From IMG/VR virus record IMGVR_UViG_3300042397_001164: a stretch of 64,000 nucleotides of DNA. The stretch is one strand, 5' to 3'. Under the pieces are notes generated by a model. The model was not told the origin of the DNA and did no database searches. It saw only the letters and a program-made list of their open reading frames with translations. Made by a program: the position numbers and the translations under genes. Shown one piece after another: positions 45,841-55,042 of this stretch. This stretch comes from an uncultured virus (IMG/VR IMGVR_UViG_3300042397_001164) (taxonomy: Duplodnaviria > Heunggongvirae > Uroviricota > Caudoviricetes > Crassvirales). Each line of letters begins with the position of its first letter. The stretch's first letter is position 1.

Positions 45841-46611
45841 TTATGCCTTAACAGTCATTCTTTGAGTATCTAAATTCCATTCGTAAGCATCCATAATGTA
45901 TAATGGTTTGAATTGAGCATTTGCCAATCTTCTTTGATTGTAAAACTCTTGCTTTCTATCTCTTTTATCTCCTAAATTACCTCTTCTAGTAGAAGGCATA
46001 GATGCAATATCTCTCCAAGCAATCCATGCAAGCATAGCTTCTCTAAACTGAATAGGTATAGAAAATGTTTCTTCAGGATTTCCGCTTGATAAATATTCAA
46101 TCATTAAATAAGAATAATAAAAATACTGATTTAAAAGAACAACACCATTTGAATCATCAATATTAAATTGACCCACAAACGGAGATCCACTCGGTAATCC
46201 ATAAATATTTTGGAAACCATATCCATCCCAATAATTAAACCATAAAGGTAAATCTGTCTGATACCATGTTGCCAAAGTATCATCCTGAGTCAAAGCCAAT
46301 CTATTTGGCTGTTGATCTCCATAAAATGTCATTTTATTATTAAACTTCAATGGAATAATTTCTCCTACTGAGTTTAACACACCTATCTTAGTATAGCTTA
46401 TATAATCATTAGGTAACTGTGCAGTATAATTAGTAGTGTCTACAGGAACCTTAACTGTTCTTATTTTATAAAAAAAGTCAAGACCAAGTTTCTCCATACC
46501 ACGCACAGCAATATTATATAACTTAGCGTATTTGTGTACTGACTGTTCACTTTCATCAATGTAATCATTGATAACTGAATCTAATGTTATGTAATTTCTT
46601 ACTTGGGACAT
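45841..46611 (-). CDS. Tail ring/adaptor protein
   Basis: LPNDYISYTKIG motif; position between capsid and muzzle genes. Confidence 0.65.
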   Translation of the reverse strand: MSQVRNYITLDSVINDYIDESEQSVHKYAKLYNIAVRGMEKLGLDFFYKIRTVKVPVDTTNYTAQLPNDYISYTKIGVLNSVGEIIPLKFNNKMTFYGDQQPNRLALTQDDTLATWYQTDLPLWFNYWDGYGFQNIYGLPSGSPFVGQFNIDDSNGVVLLNQYFYYSYLMIEYLSSGNPEETFSIPIQFREAMLAWIAWRDIASMPSTRRGNLGDKRDRKQEFYNQRRLANAQFKPLYIMDAYEWNLDTQRMTVKA

Positions 46612-46613
46612 TT

Positions 46614-46886
46614 TTAATTATTTGAAAAATAAGCTAATATATCGTTATGACGAATCAAAAAATGCAATTCATTATCTACAATAACAGGTTCCCCTGCACC
46701 TTTGATATGAAAAATGCAATCATCTTTTTTTGCTTCCATTTTTACTTTAGCAGTTCCGCGACCAACAGAAATTACTTTAGCCTTACTACTTCTTTCCCTA
46801 AATCCTTCAGGGATAAATAATCCTCCTTCTGTAATTTCATCAGCCATAAATGGTTTTACTAAAACAAAATCTCTAATTGGTTTCAT
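46614..46886 (-). CDS. groES: Co-chaperonin GroES-like protein
   Basis: MKPIRDFVLVKP, TEGGLFIP mobile loop, KVISVGRG, IRHNDILA. Confidence 0.85.
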   Translation of the reverse strand: MKPIRDFVLVKPFMADEITEGGLFIPEGFRERSSKAKVISVGRGTAKVKMEAKKDDCIFHIKGAGEPVIVDNELHFLIRHNDILAYFSNN

Positions 46887-46898
46887 TGGTTATTATTT

Positions 46899-47531
46899 TT
46901 AGTTATTATTGTCTACTCCATCATTACTTTGATCTATAGGTCTTGATTTTTCAAATGCCAATTGCCCTTTAATATACTCAACCACTACTGGCATATAATC
47001 ATCAGGAACTATTAATGTTGAATCTAAATCTGTTGAATCACCTCCACTAACCATTCTTAAAGTTGCTTTATATGATGTTAAAGGTATTGAACTTTTTACA
47101 TAAATATTCTCACCTTCAATCCAGTAGGCTATTTTATTTTGGATAGGTCTTAATTGCTCCTGATAAGCTACCTGATTCATACTTAAAGGTATTGCTGTTT
47201 GTGAGGTTTTTTTATCTCCTACGAACTGTAATGTAGCAACACCTTCATTCCTTCCTAGTGCAACAGGTATAGACGGTAAATCAACTCTGTAAGTAACATT
47301 GTCTACCGTTTCAGCATAAATATCTAAATTCTTAAAAGTAGTATAAAATGAATTATTTATGTAAGACACCCCATCCAACTGGATATTGTCTGTATAATTC
47401 TTTTTAGCTGCTGCTCCAATAGCATCATTTAGCCACTGGTTAACTAATCCGTATGTGATATTAGAATCATCAGACGGCTGCCCGTTATATATTTGCCTTA
47501 ATACTCTTTCTATTAATTGATACCTAGTCAT
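46899..47531 (-). CDS. Tail ring/adaptor protein
   Basis: SDDSNI motif; size and position match crAss-like ring proteins. Confidence 0.6.
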   Translation of the reverse strand: MTRYQLIERVLRQIYNGQPSDDSNITYGLVNQWLNDAIGAAAKKNYTDNIQLDGVSYINNSFYTTFKNLDIYAETVDNVTYRVDLPSIPVALGRNEGVATLQFVGDKKTSQTAIPLSMNQVAYQEQLRPIQNKIAYWIEGENIYVKSSIPLTSYKATLRMVSGGDSTDLDSTLIVPDDYMPVVVEYIKGQLAFEKSRPIDQSNDGVDNNN

Positions 47532-48199
47532 TATTGTCCAGTTTGGTTTATTTGATTAGCATACTGCATTACTGCACCATCCTGTAAATTTAATCCAACT
47601 AATTTCAATGCTCTTGTAATAATTTCAAGAATATCTATTTCAGCCCAAACAGGTTGAACACTTGTACCAGCATTATAAACAGGTCTGCCACTTACAGTGG
47701 TATATCCCCATACAATATCTGGAGCAGATTTTACATAAGACAAAACAGCTGTACCTAATGTCTTAGGATAAAACTGAAATTGATTATTTTCTAATAAGTA
47801 TATTGGATTATCCGCAATTGGATCAATTTGACTATTGTAATAAGAATACAATTTATCTTGAGAAACAAATTTAACTCTATGCAATCCGTCAGACTTCCAC
47901 ATAGCATCAACTTGCAAAAAATCATTTGGCGCAGGAGCAACTCCAGTTCCGCTATTTATAGTCAAAGTAGATTCTGCAATCAAAGGAGTTAACCTTTGTC
48001 TAGTGTTTTCATTTTGGCTATAATTAATTCTAGCTTGTGGCCTTCCGTATTGATACTGCTGAAATTCACCCAATAGATAATCTTGATATGAAATCTGCGC
48101 TTGATTTATAGTCAGATTAAACTCCGATGGAGTCAAATAGCCATTCTGCGCTTTATTAACCGCATATTGGCAAATACGATACATATCATTAACATTCAT
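47531..48199 (-). CDS. Tail ring/head-tail adaptor protein
   Basis: NKAQNGYLTPSEFN..NQAQ, YVKSAP..WGY. Confidence 0.7.
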   Translation of the reverse strand: MNVNDMYRICQYAVNKAQNGYLTPSEFNLTINQAQISYQDYLLGEFQQYQYGRPQARINYSQNENTRQRLTPLIAESTLTINSGTGVAPAPNDFLQVDAMWKSDGLHRVKFVSQDKLYSYYNSQIDPIADNPIYLLENNQFQFYPKTLGTAVLSYVKSAPDIVWGYTTVSGRPVYNAGTSVQPVWAEIDILEIITRALKLVGLNLQDGAVMQYANQINQTGQ

Positions 48200-48216
48200 T
48201 GAAATAAGTTATACAA

Positions 48217-48224
48217 CAAATATA
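48217..48224 (-). promoter_or_regulatory. Bacteroidota -7 promoter element (tail operon)
   Basis: TATATTTG on - strand, 17 nt before the ATG at 48199, just downstream of a terminator. Confidence 0.65.
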
Positions 48225-48235
48225 CGAAAAACTAA

Positions 48236-48277
48236 TAAAAAAGCCCCGTAATTTTTAGGCTACGGGGACTTCTTTTA
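48236..48277 (-). terminator. Intrinsic terminator
   Basis: CCCCGTA/TACGGGG stem flanked by an A-tract (T-tract on - strand) and a T-tract. Confidence 0.8.
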
Positions 48278-48292
48278 TTAAGGGGGATAGTA

Positions 48293-49183
48293 TTAAACTA
48301 GCTTTTTTAATTGCTCTAAAAAGGCCTTACTTTCATCTTGAGGGAACATTGCAAACTCAACCAAGTAATTCTGTGGTTTTTTATCAGCAGGTATTTTGCA
48401 GATAAATCCACCATCACCTGACCAGTAAGCTGATCCTCTCTTAGTAGTAGTGTCTATTTTATTGTCAATCAATGCCTTTTTAACAATGAAAGCAATTTCA
48501 ACTTCTTTAGAACCAGCGCTTTGCATAAACTTATTAGGTTGTGCTTCAGCGTAAAGCTCATAGTCATTTCTTAATGCTTCTAGTGATTTAGGCATTCCTA
48601 ATTCATCCACAAATGAAATTCCAAGATAATTACAGTGCTTACGCATATCTTCGTCAGAAGCTAATGAAGCGTACTTAATAGCTTCAACCTTAGCAACTCT
48701 CTTAGCGCGTTCAAGCTCTGCTGTTCTTTGAGGATTCCATTGGAAAAATGTAACTTTTCTTGTACCTTTTCTATGAGGATTATCAAGGTTTGCATTACAA
48801 AGACTTAAAAACTCAAGAGCTTCTACATCATATTCTGCTACCCTTAAAACCCTTCTATCAAAAATAAGACTTCTTCTATTTTGTTCAACAAATGACTTTT
48901 CTAGCCCTTTTTGATCTTCTACCCAAATGCTAGGATAACCTCTCAAAAGTCTAATTCTCTCCATTCTACCCTTCTTTTCATTCCAAACATCATCAATACC
49001 TTCCATGTGGTATTTACCATTTTTCTTAGTATCTGATAATTTGAAAATTTTAAAAGTGTTACCGGTAGCTACGGGAGCATCATTAAGTGCTGCTGTAGAT
49101 TCTTCGTATTGTCTTGATTGTACTGATTCACTTTGTTGTGAAAAATTGGCTTCTTGTATGCCAACTGCCTTTAAACGAGCCAT
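48293..49183 (-). CDS. Conserved morphogenesis-module protein following MCP
   Basis: 296 aa; SIWVEDQ and IFDRRVLRV; same position as the conserved post-MCP gene of crAss-like phages. Confidence 0.65.
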   Translation of the reverse strand: MARLKAVGIQEANFSQQSESVQSRQYEESTAALNDAPVATGNTFKIFKLSDTKKNGKYHMEGIDDVWNEKKGRMERIRLLRGYPSIWVEDQKGLEKSFVEQNRRSLIFDRRVLRVAEYDVEALEFLSLCNANLDNPHRKGTRKVTFFQWNPQRTAELERAKRVAKVEAIKYASLASDEDMRKHCNYLGISFVDELGMPKSLEALRNDYELYAEAQPNKFMQSAGSKEVEIAFIVKKALIDNKIDTTTKRGSAYWSGDGGFICKIPADKKPQNYLVEFAMFPQDESKAFLEQLKKLV

Positions 49184-49202
49184 AAAATGGTTTTTATATG
49201 TT

Positions 49203-49240
49203 TAAAATAGGTAGCGACAATCAATAAAGTTGCCGCTACC
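49203..49240 (-). terminator. Intrinsic terminator after the major capsid gene
   Basis: - strand GGTAGCGGCAA-loop-TTGTCGCTACC followed by TATTTT. Confidence 0.75.
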
Positions 49241-49264
49241 CGATTAATTAAAGGTAATTAATTA

Positions 49265-50677
49265 TTAGTTACCTTGAAGGATGATAAACTGATTTGCTGC
49301 ACAAACGCGAGTACCACGATAAGTGATCATTGCGATTTGATTAGTCATTGTACCATCTGTAGGATTAGGAGATCCACCACCAAATTGCCATACACGAATA
49401 CCGTTACCAACAGTACCGCCCACAGGAGGCTGCTGATACATGATAGTAATGTTCTTGTAAGCTTGAGCGGTTTTTGCATCCTTAGTTTCACCCATTGGGT
49501 AGATTAAACCAAAATTACGGAAGTAATCTACGTTAGGAGTTAAACCAGTTGTAACCTCAGTGTTGAATTGAGAGTACTTCTTAACAGATAATAAGTAACC
49601 GTCAATGAAGATTTCTTGGAAGCCATAAGCAACAGAAGCTTCTTTTGACTTTTCGCCTTGACCATAAACGAAAGCACCAGCAGGGTATGCAGCGAAGATA
49701 CCATCACTGAAGTCTTGTCTTTGGAAGATATCACACAACCAAGCAGATTGCTTAGCACAACCATTAACGTCCATGATACGAGTAATTTCATGAAGTTTAG
49801 CGATATCAAGAGTACCCGGAGTGTAACCAACAGTTTCACCATCAGCAACTACTTTAGGAATGATACCAACAGAACCTTGAGAATTAGAATCAATAGCGTT
49901 ATTGTTTTGTAAGTTACCACGCATTAATTTAGCTTCTACGTTGTTTTTGAAACGTACAAGTGTTTTGTACATACCTTTGTATGTAAATGCGGTAGCACCA
50001 TTTGCAGCCATATCAGGAGATACAGGGAACTCATAATATGTTTCAGCCATTTGTGCTAAGTCGGTATTGCTCCAACCATCACGAATTTCTGTTACATAGT
50101 TATCATATCTTTGATCCAATTGGATTAAAGGATTGATTTGAGTTGAAGCTTCACCAGCATCAGCGTCACCGCCAAATAATAAAACTTCACCAGCAAGTAA
50201 TGAGTTAACACCAGCTGAAGCAAAACGCTGACTAGTTTGCTTAGGAGCAACTTCAAATGTGAAAGCATAAGGAGTTGTATCATCAATTGAGATAATAACA
50301 CCCTCTACGTTTGAAGAAGCAACACGCAATGTTTCTTTTAATCTAAGTGGAGATTGAGTACCATTGTTATAGTACGCTTCTTGACCAAGAGTTAAAGTTA
50401 AAGTTGAGCCAACACCTGCTGCTACTGTATTTTCGTTTGTAACACCCGGCATTAATTTACCGCGGTTTTCAAACCAGAAGTAGTTTAAGTTTTTAACTTC
50501 TTCCATGCCGCTATGAGCTGCTAACCACCAAGTAAAATCTTCGTTACCGTACTTTTGAGTGTACTGCTTGTAGTACTGTGGGGTTAATAATTGTAAGTCA
50601 ACCATCAGTTGACGATTCTGTGACTGGAGCGATATTGCACCCGGTTGCAGAATATTAGAGGTAGGTATTCCTGCCAT
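49265..50677 (-). CDS. Major capsid protein
   Basis: 470 aa; YFWFE...; follows portal and scaffold; followed by a terminator; codon usage of a highly expressed gene. Confidence 0.8.
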   Translation of the reverse strand: MAGIPTSNILQPGAISLQSQNRQLMVDLQLLTPQYYKQYTQKYGNEDFTWWLAAHSGMEEVKNLNYFWFENRGKLMPGVTNENTVAAGVGSTLTLTLGQEAYYNNGTQSPLRLKETLRVASSNVEGVIISIDDTTPYAFTFEVAPKQTSQRFASAGVNSLLAGEVLLFGGDADAGEASTQINPLIQLDQRYDNYVTEIRDGWSNTDLAQMAETYYEFPVSPDMAANGATAFTYKGMYKTLVRFKNNVEAKLMRGNLQNNNAIDSNSQGSVGIIPKVVADGETVGYTPGTLDIAKLHEITRIMDVNGCAKQSAWLCDIFQRQDFSDGIFAAYPAGAFVYGQGEKSKEASVAYGFQEIFIDGYLLSVKKYSQFNTEVTTGLTPNVDYFRNFGLIYPMGETKDAKTAQAYKNITIMYQQPPVGGTVGNGIRVWQFGGGSPNPTDGTMTNQIAMITYRGTRVCAANQFIILQGN

Positions 50678-50725
50678 AATATTTAGTTTTTAATCTTAAC
50701 ACCTTCTCCAAGGGCAATATTTAAG

Positions 50726-51919
50726 TTACGAACTAAAAGCCCAGTTAGCCAATTGCTCCTGAATAGCAGCATTTGGATTTAGACTTGGAGCCGTTCCTTG
50801 CGGAGTGGGGGTTTGGTTAAGGTTAATGTTACCACTTTTCTTTAAATGAGCAAGCAATCTTTGAGATGCTGCTTCATTTGCTACCTTTTGCAAAATTCTA
50901 GGCAAATTCTCAAGAACATATTTGTCGGCCATTATTTGTCTTACATTTGGCTTTCCTTCCTCGTTAAACCATCTGTTTTCTAAATAAGCTTCGCCATCAA
51001 AATCTGATAGTTCTTGCTTCAATGCTAATCTCTCATCTTCCGCTACATTAAATGAAATCGGTATTTCAACATCATCGTCTTTTACCGAAACATTAAACCC
51101 ATTGAAAGATTGAAATTCAGAATCCAGCGTTCTTTCATAAACAGACCTAGCTTGTTGCAAATATTCAAATTCCTCTTGATATTCCGCTTCTCTACCGGCC
51201 TCATTATAAATATCTGGTAGTTTTATTTCACTTTTTAATTTCTCTATTTCTGGTCTAAGCACTTTTGCTTCAATCATCAGACGTTTCTCTGTGTAATCAG
51301 CTTGTGCCTGCCATGTCTTTAACTTATCAGCATAATCCTCATCAGTTTCATCATAACCTTGTTCAGGTTTCAAAGGTACGAAAAATTGGTCATAAAATAA
51401 AAGATCAACTTCATCAGCACTTAAATCCTTAAACTTGTTTTGAATATTTGTTTTCACAATTTCAGCCGCTATTTCAGTTGTTAGTTCTGATGTAGTAAGT
51501 TTTTCAAGTTTTTTTTGCTCATTTAGAATTTGGTAAACATCATCTGTTTTACCTTCTCTAATTGCATCAAACAAAGTTCTACTAACATCATCAGAAAAAT
51601 CAAAACTAGGAGCTTGCTCCCTTTCTTCAATTAATCTCATGAACTCTTTCTCTGCTTCATCTACTGTATCAAATCCAAATCTTTCTTTTATAAAAGAATC
51701 TGGATTAAAAGTAGAATAATCGGCCTGTTGTGTTTGTTGATTATCACTAACAATTGAATCCGGAGATGTGTTAGGTGAATTATCAACGATTTGTTGTTCA
51801 TTTGCAGTAGGGGCTACTTCTACTTGCGGTTGCACTTGAGGCACAACATCTTCATCCGAAAACGGATTGTAACCTTCTGCCAGCTTTATTGGAGCTGACA
51901 TGTCTTGATTTTCTAGCAT
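50726..51919 (-). CDS. Probable capsid scaffolding protein
   Basis: Highly acidic helical protein directly upstream of MCP. Confidence 0.6.
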   Translation of the reverse strand: MLENQDMSAPIKLAEGYNPFSDEDVVPQVQPQVEVAPTANEQQIVDNSPNTSPDSIVSDNQQTQQADYSTFNPDSFIKERFGFDTVDEAEKEFMRLIEEREQAPSFDFSDDVSRTLFDAIREGKTDDVYQILNEQKKLEKLTTSELTTEIAAEIVKTNIQNKFKDLSADEVDLLFYDQFFVPLKPEQGYDETDEDYADKLKTWQAQADYTEKRLMIEAKVLRPEIEKLKSEIKLPDIYNEAGREAEYQEEFEYLQQARSVYERTLDSEFQSFNGFNVSVKDDDVEIPISFNVAEDERLALKQELSDFDGEAYLENRWFNEEGKPNVRQIMADKYVLENLPRILQKVANEAASQRLLAHLKKSGNINLNQTPTPQGTAPSLNPNAAIQEQLANWAFSS

Positions 51920-51943
51920 AAATGCTTATTTTGTTTTTCGTTA

Positions 51944-52207
51944 TTAATCTATAACTATAGAGCCATCTACATCAATTGTAATGGCATACTTAACACCAGT
52001 ATTTGTTAACAACTGAACACCATACCAATCGGAACCGTTTCCATATACTGGTTGTATTAAGTCACTTTCAGTATATAGAATATTAGCACTACTCAAAGTT
52101 GCGGTAGTTGCATAAACTATTCTGGTTCCTTGTAAAACACCAACATTATATGCTTCTGAAGCTGTTGGGTATGTATTTTTAGATAAAACGTATGCGTAAC
52201 TTGCCAT
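51944..52207 (-). CDS. Small beta-domain virion protein
   Basis: Stand-alone copy of the Y...L....LY....L..PV.G...WY...ID..G.I domain also found after Thr stalks. Confidence 0.6.
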   Translation of the reverse strand: MASYAYVLSKNTYPTASEAYNVGVLQGTRIVYATTATLSSANILYTESDLIQPVYGNGSDWYGVQLLTNTGVKYAITIDVDGSIVID

Positions 52208-52218
52208 TTTATTTTATT

Positions 52219-52566
52219 TTAAGCTATTTTTAAATATTTACCAATAATGCCAAATGCCACGATGCCACTTGCATTAATTGATGATACGTCTGTTTTAGTA
52301 GCTAAATTAACACCTAAAACAGTAACCCAGTTAATAGGAACTTGTGGAGCTGGTAATAACTGACCTTCAATTGAACCATCATCATTCGTTGTGGTAAAAT
52401 TTATTGCGCCAGAAGGAGTTACTACTTGAACTACAGCTGAGTCCCAACCAGATAAATCTTGATAAAAACTACTATTAGCATTAAAAGAATCAGTTGCATC
52501 TACAACTGTGCTAATTTTAGAACTAAATTTTTGAAGTCTTATTAAGAGCTTGTTTACCGTTGCCAT
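52219..52566 (-). CDS. Probable virion protein
   Basis: 115-aa beta-rich ORF between portal and scaffold. Confidence 0.6.
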   Translation of the reverse strand: MATVNKLLIRLQKFSSKISTVVDATDSFNANSSFYQDLSGWDSAVVQVVTPSGAINFTTTNDDGSIEGQLLPAPQVPINWVTVLGVNLATKTDVSSINASGIVAFGIIGKYLKIA

Positions 52567-52588
52567 TTTATTTTTATTTTAAGTTTAT

Positions 52589-54985
52589 TTATTCTTGTGT
52601 TACCATTTCTTCTTGTAATTGCATTTCTTCTTGAGGTGGCATTGCACCTTCTTCCATTTGCTGCTGTTCCATTTGTTGTTGTTCAGCCATCCTTTGTTGT
52701 TCTAAAGCTTGCTGCTGCTGCTCATTTTGAACCGATATAGGAACAATTACATTCTGCAACATACTTGCTACTAACGTCTGAAGCTCAGAAGGAACAGGAA
52801 TATTTGCTTTTGCTAAATCAAATACTCCTTGTAAAATAATTTCTTTTTCTTTCGTTAAAGCTTTTTGTTGCTCAATAGAACTATCTGCTTGCATTTTTGC
52901 TTGTATACTAGCCTGCTGAGCTTCTGCATTTTGCTGAGAATTAATCATAGCCTTTTCTTGCTCGGCTTTTATATATCTTTTTTGAGCTTGTCTAAAATAC
53001 AATTCACCCAATTCTACATTTTCTTTAGCCATTCTCATTGCCTTAAATGGATCTAAATAAATAACCAATTGAGGATTAGATGCAACAGCATTATTCATCA
53101 TTGCCTGTAATGTTGCAACCTGAACATCATCAGGCATCATCTTTATAGAAGCAACAAAATTTCTATCTTTTACATCTTCCTCATTTAATAAATCTCTATA
53201 TTTTTTAGAACCATGAGTAACACTTTTATTAATTAAACATGCCACTTTTTTGGCTGTTTCTTCCATAACATAAATATATGCATCATACATATACTCTGTT
53301 GCATTATTAGCAAGAACTCTTGAAGCTTCAATATTAGAAGCAGCAACTCTTGGTTGCGCAGCCTGATTCATTAAATTAGGATCTTCACCTAACTCATCTT
53401 TTAGAACTTGATAATGGAATTGATATAACTGAATTAACGCCTGTAATTGAGGTGAAAAACCTGTATTAGCCAACTCAGTAATAGGAACCGGAATACGATT
53501 ACCTTCAGCATCTCTACCGCGATAATAAAGCTTACCTGTTTGTTCCCATATTTTTTGAACGTCAATTGGCTTAACAGAATCACCTAGACCTAAGTCAAGT
53601 TCCTGAAGCGCATCAACATCAATTGCTGCACCTGCTGGTACCATTTTAGCTACAAGTTGTTGTATCTTTAATCTAGCTAAAATCATTTGCTCAATAGGCT
53701 CTTCAATTTTTTCGGGTACAGCTACGTTACGCATGTCATAAGGATCATACATATAAAAGCTATAAGAAAACTCAGCGTTACCTATTTCTTTTGGATCTTG
53801 TGGACGGATCATGTTTTTCTTGATACCCCAATGAAGCATTGTTTGCGTTACTGGGCAATAAACTCCATGATAAATGTTCCACTTCTTTTCCTCTAAATAT
53901 TCTTGATTTTCATCTAACTTCTCTGGCTTACCTTTCTTAATAATAGTACTACCGTTCTTTTTTGTTTTAGTTACAGTATAACCATCAGAATCAAGTGTAC
54001 GAATTTCAAAATTAACTAAATCAATATTCCACTCATCGTAAGGTCTTAGCCAAGAAACATTCCAATCTTGCATCCACTTAATCTTATCTGTAAGTTGATA
54101 CTCTTTTGATGATTGAGCTAATTGGAAAATATCTTCTTCAGAAAGTATTCCTCCTGCTGCTTTACTATACCTTGCTCTTATTTCACTAATTTTCATTGAA
54201 AGGACATGTCCTCTATAAGTAGTATCTCTAAAATCAGGAAAATCAGAATATGAATAAATTGCGTTTTCAGGTCTAATCCATTGAACATGAACTTCTCCTT
54301 CTTCATCCATCCAAGTATATGTACACACTAATCCAACTTCTGCTGAATCATGTAACAGTCTTTGTTTTAAAACATCATTCCAACCATTAGCTTCAAAAAC
54401 ATTGTTACAACCAATGCTGTACAATATTTCTTCAGGTAAATGATTAAACTCCATTATCCATTGATCTAACTCATCCCTATCTTCTGCAACAAATTTATCT
54501 TTTGGAATAATCTCAACACCAGACTCTTGCTGAAGCTGAGCAAGTGTTTCTTTATTTTTGTATAAAAATTCAGCTTCATCTGCTTGTCTTTGTTTTAGCA
54601 TTGCAGATGCGGAATCATTAGCAGAAACTGTGATTTTTTCTTTGCGACTCATCCATGAACCAACTAATCTAGCAACAATAGTATTACCAATGATAATTGA
54701 TTTCCAGTTAATATTTACAAAATTGGCTTTAGCATTCATTTCCAATCGGTCCATAAACACGCTCATGTCTACCTTACCGTTAGCAATTTGTCTGTTTTTT
54801 CTAAATCTATTGTTTCTTAACCAAAAATAAGTTTGGTTACCATAAATTGTAGAATAGATATTTTGGGCAACATTTTTACCGTATAAATAATCTTTTTTAG
54901 ACGCTATATCAGTAGTAATTTGGAAGTCTTTAAGTGACTGCCCACTACTATTTGCCGAGGATATGTATAAAGGACTCTCTGCCAA
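52589..54985 (-). CDS. Portal protein
   Basis: ~800 aa directly downstream of TerL; Gln-rich C-terminus; probable start is the in-frame TTG at 54985 because the track start overlaps the promoter. Confidence 0.8.
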   Translation of the reverse strand: MAESPLYISSANSSGQSLKDFQITTDIASKKDYLYGKNVAQNIYSTIYGNQTYFWLRNNRFRKNRQIANGKVDMSVFMDRLEMNAKANFVNINWKSIIIGNTIVARLVGSWMSRKEKITVSANDSASAMLKQRQADEAEFLYKNKETLAQLQQESGVEIIPKDKFVAEDRDELDQWIMEFNHLPEEILYSIGCNNVFEANGWNDVLKQRLLHDSAEVGLVCTYTWMDEEGEVHVQWIRPENAIYSYSDFPDFRDTTYRGHVLSMKISEIRARYSKAAGGILSEEDIFQLAQSSKEYQLTDKIKWMQDWNVSWLRPYDEWNIDLVNFEIRTLDSDGYTVTKTKKNGSTIIKKGKPEKLDENQEYLEEKKWNIYHGVYCPVTQTMLHWGIKKNMIRPQDPKEIGNAEFSYSFYMYDPYDMRNVAVPEKIEEPIEQMILARLKIQQLVAKMVPAGAAIDVDALQELDLGLGDSVKPIDVQKIWEQTGKLYYRGRDAEGNRIPVPITELANTGFSPQLQALIQLYQFHYQVLKDELGEDPNLMNQAAQPRVAASNIEASRVLANNATEYMYDAYIYVMEETAKKVACLINKSVTHGSKKYRDLLNEEDVKDRNFVASIKMMPDDVQVATLQAMMNNAVASNPQLVIYLDPFKAMRMAKENVELGELYFRQAQKRYIKAEQEKAMINSQQNAEAQQASIQAKMQADSSIEQQKALTKEKEIILQGVFDLAKANIPVPSELQTLVASMLQNVIVPISVQNEQQQQALEQQRMAEQQQMEQQQMEEGAMPPQEEMQLQEEMVTQE

Positions 54986-55003
54986 TTTGAATATATTTTG
55001 TGT

Positions 55004-55011
55004 CAAATATA
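55004..55011 (-). promoter_or_regulatory. Bacteroidota -7 promoter element (head operon)
   Basis: TATATTTG on - strand, between TerL and portal. Confidence 0.6.
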
Positions 55012-55042
55012 CTAAATCTCCAGAATTTAATAAAAATTTTAA

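Noticed and set aside
50693..50725. Hairpin in the MCP leader (CCTT-GGAG-AAGG with CTTAA/TTAAG outer arms)
   Set aside because: Stems are short and could be chance; no supporting evidence for a regulatory role.
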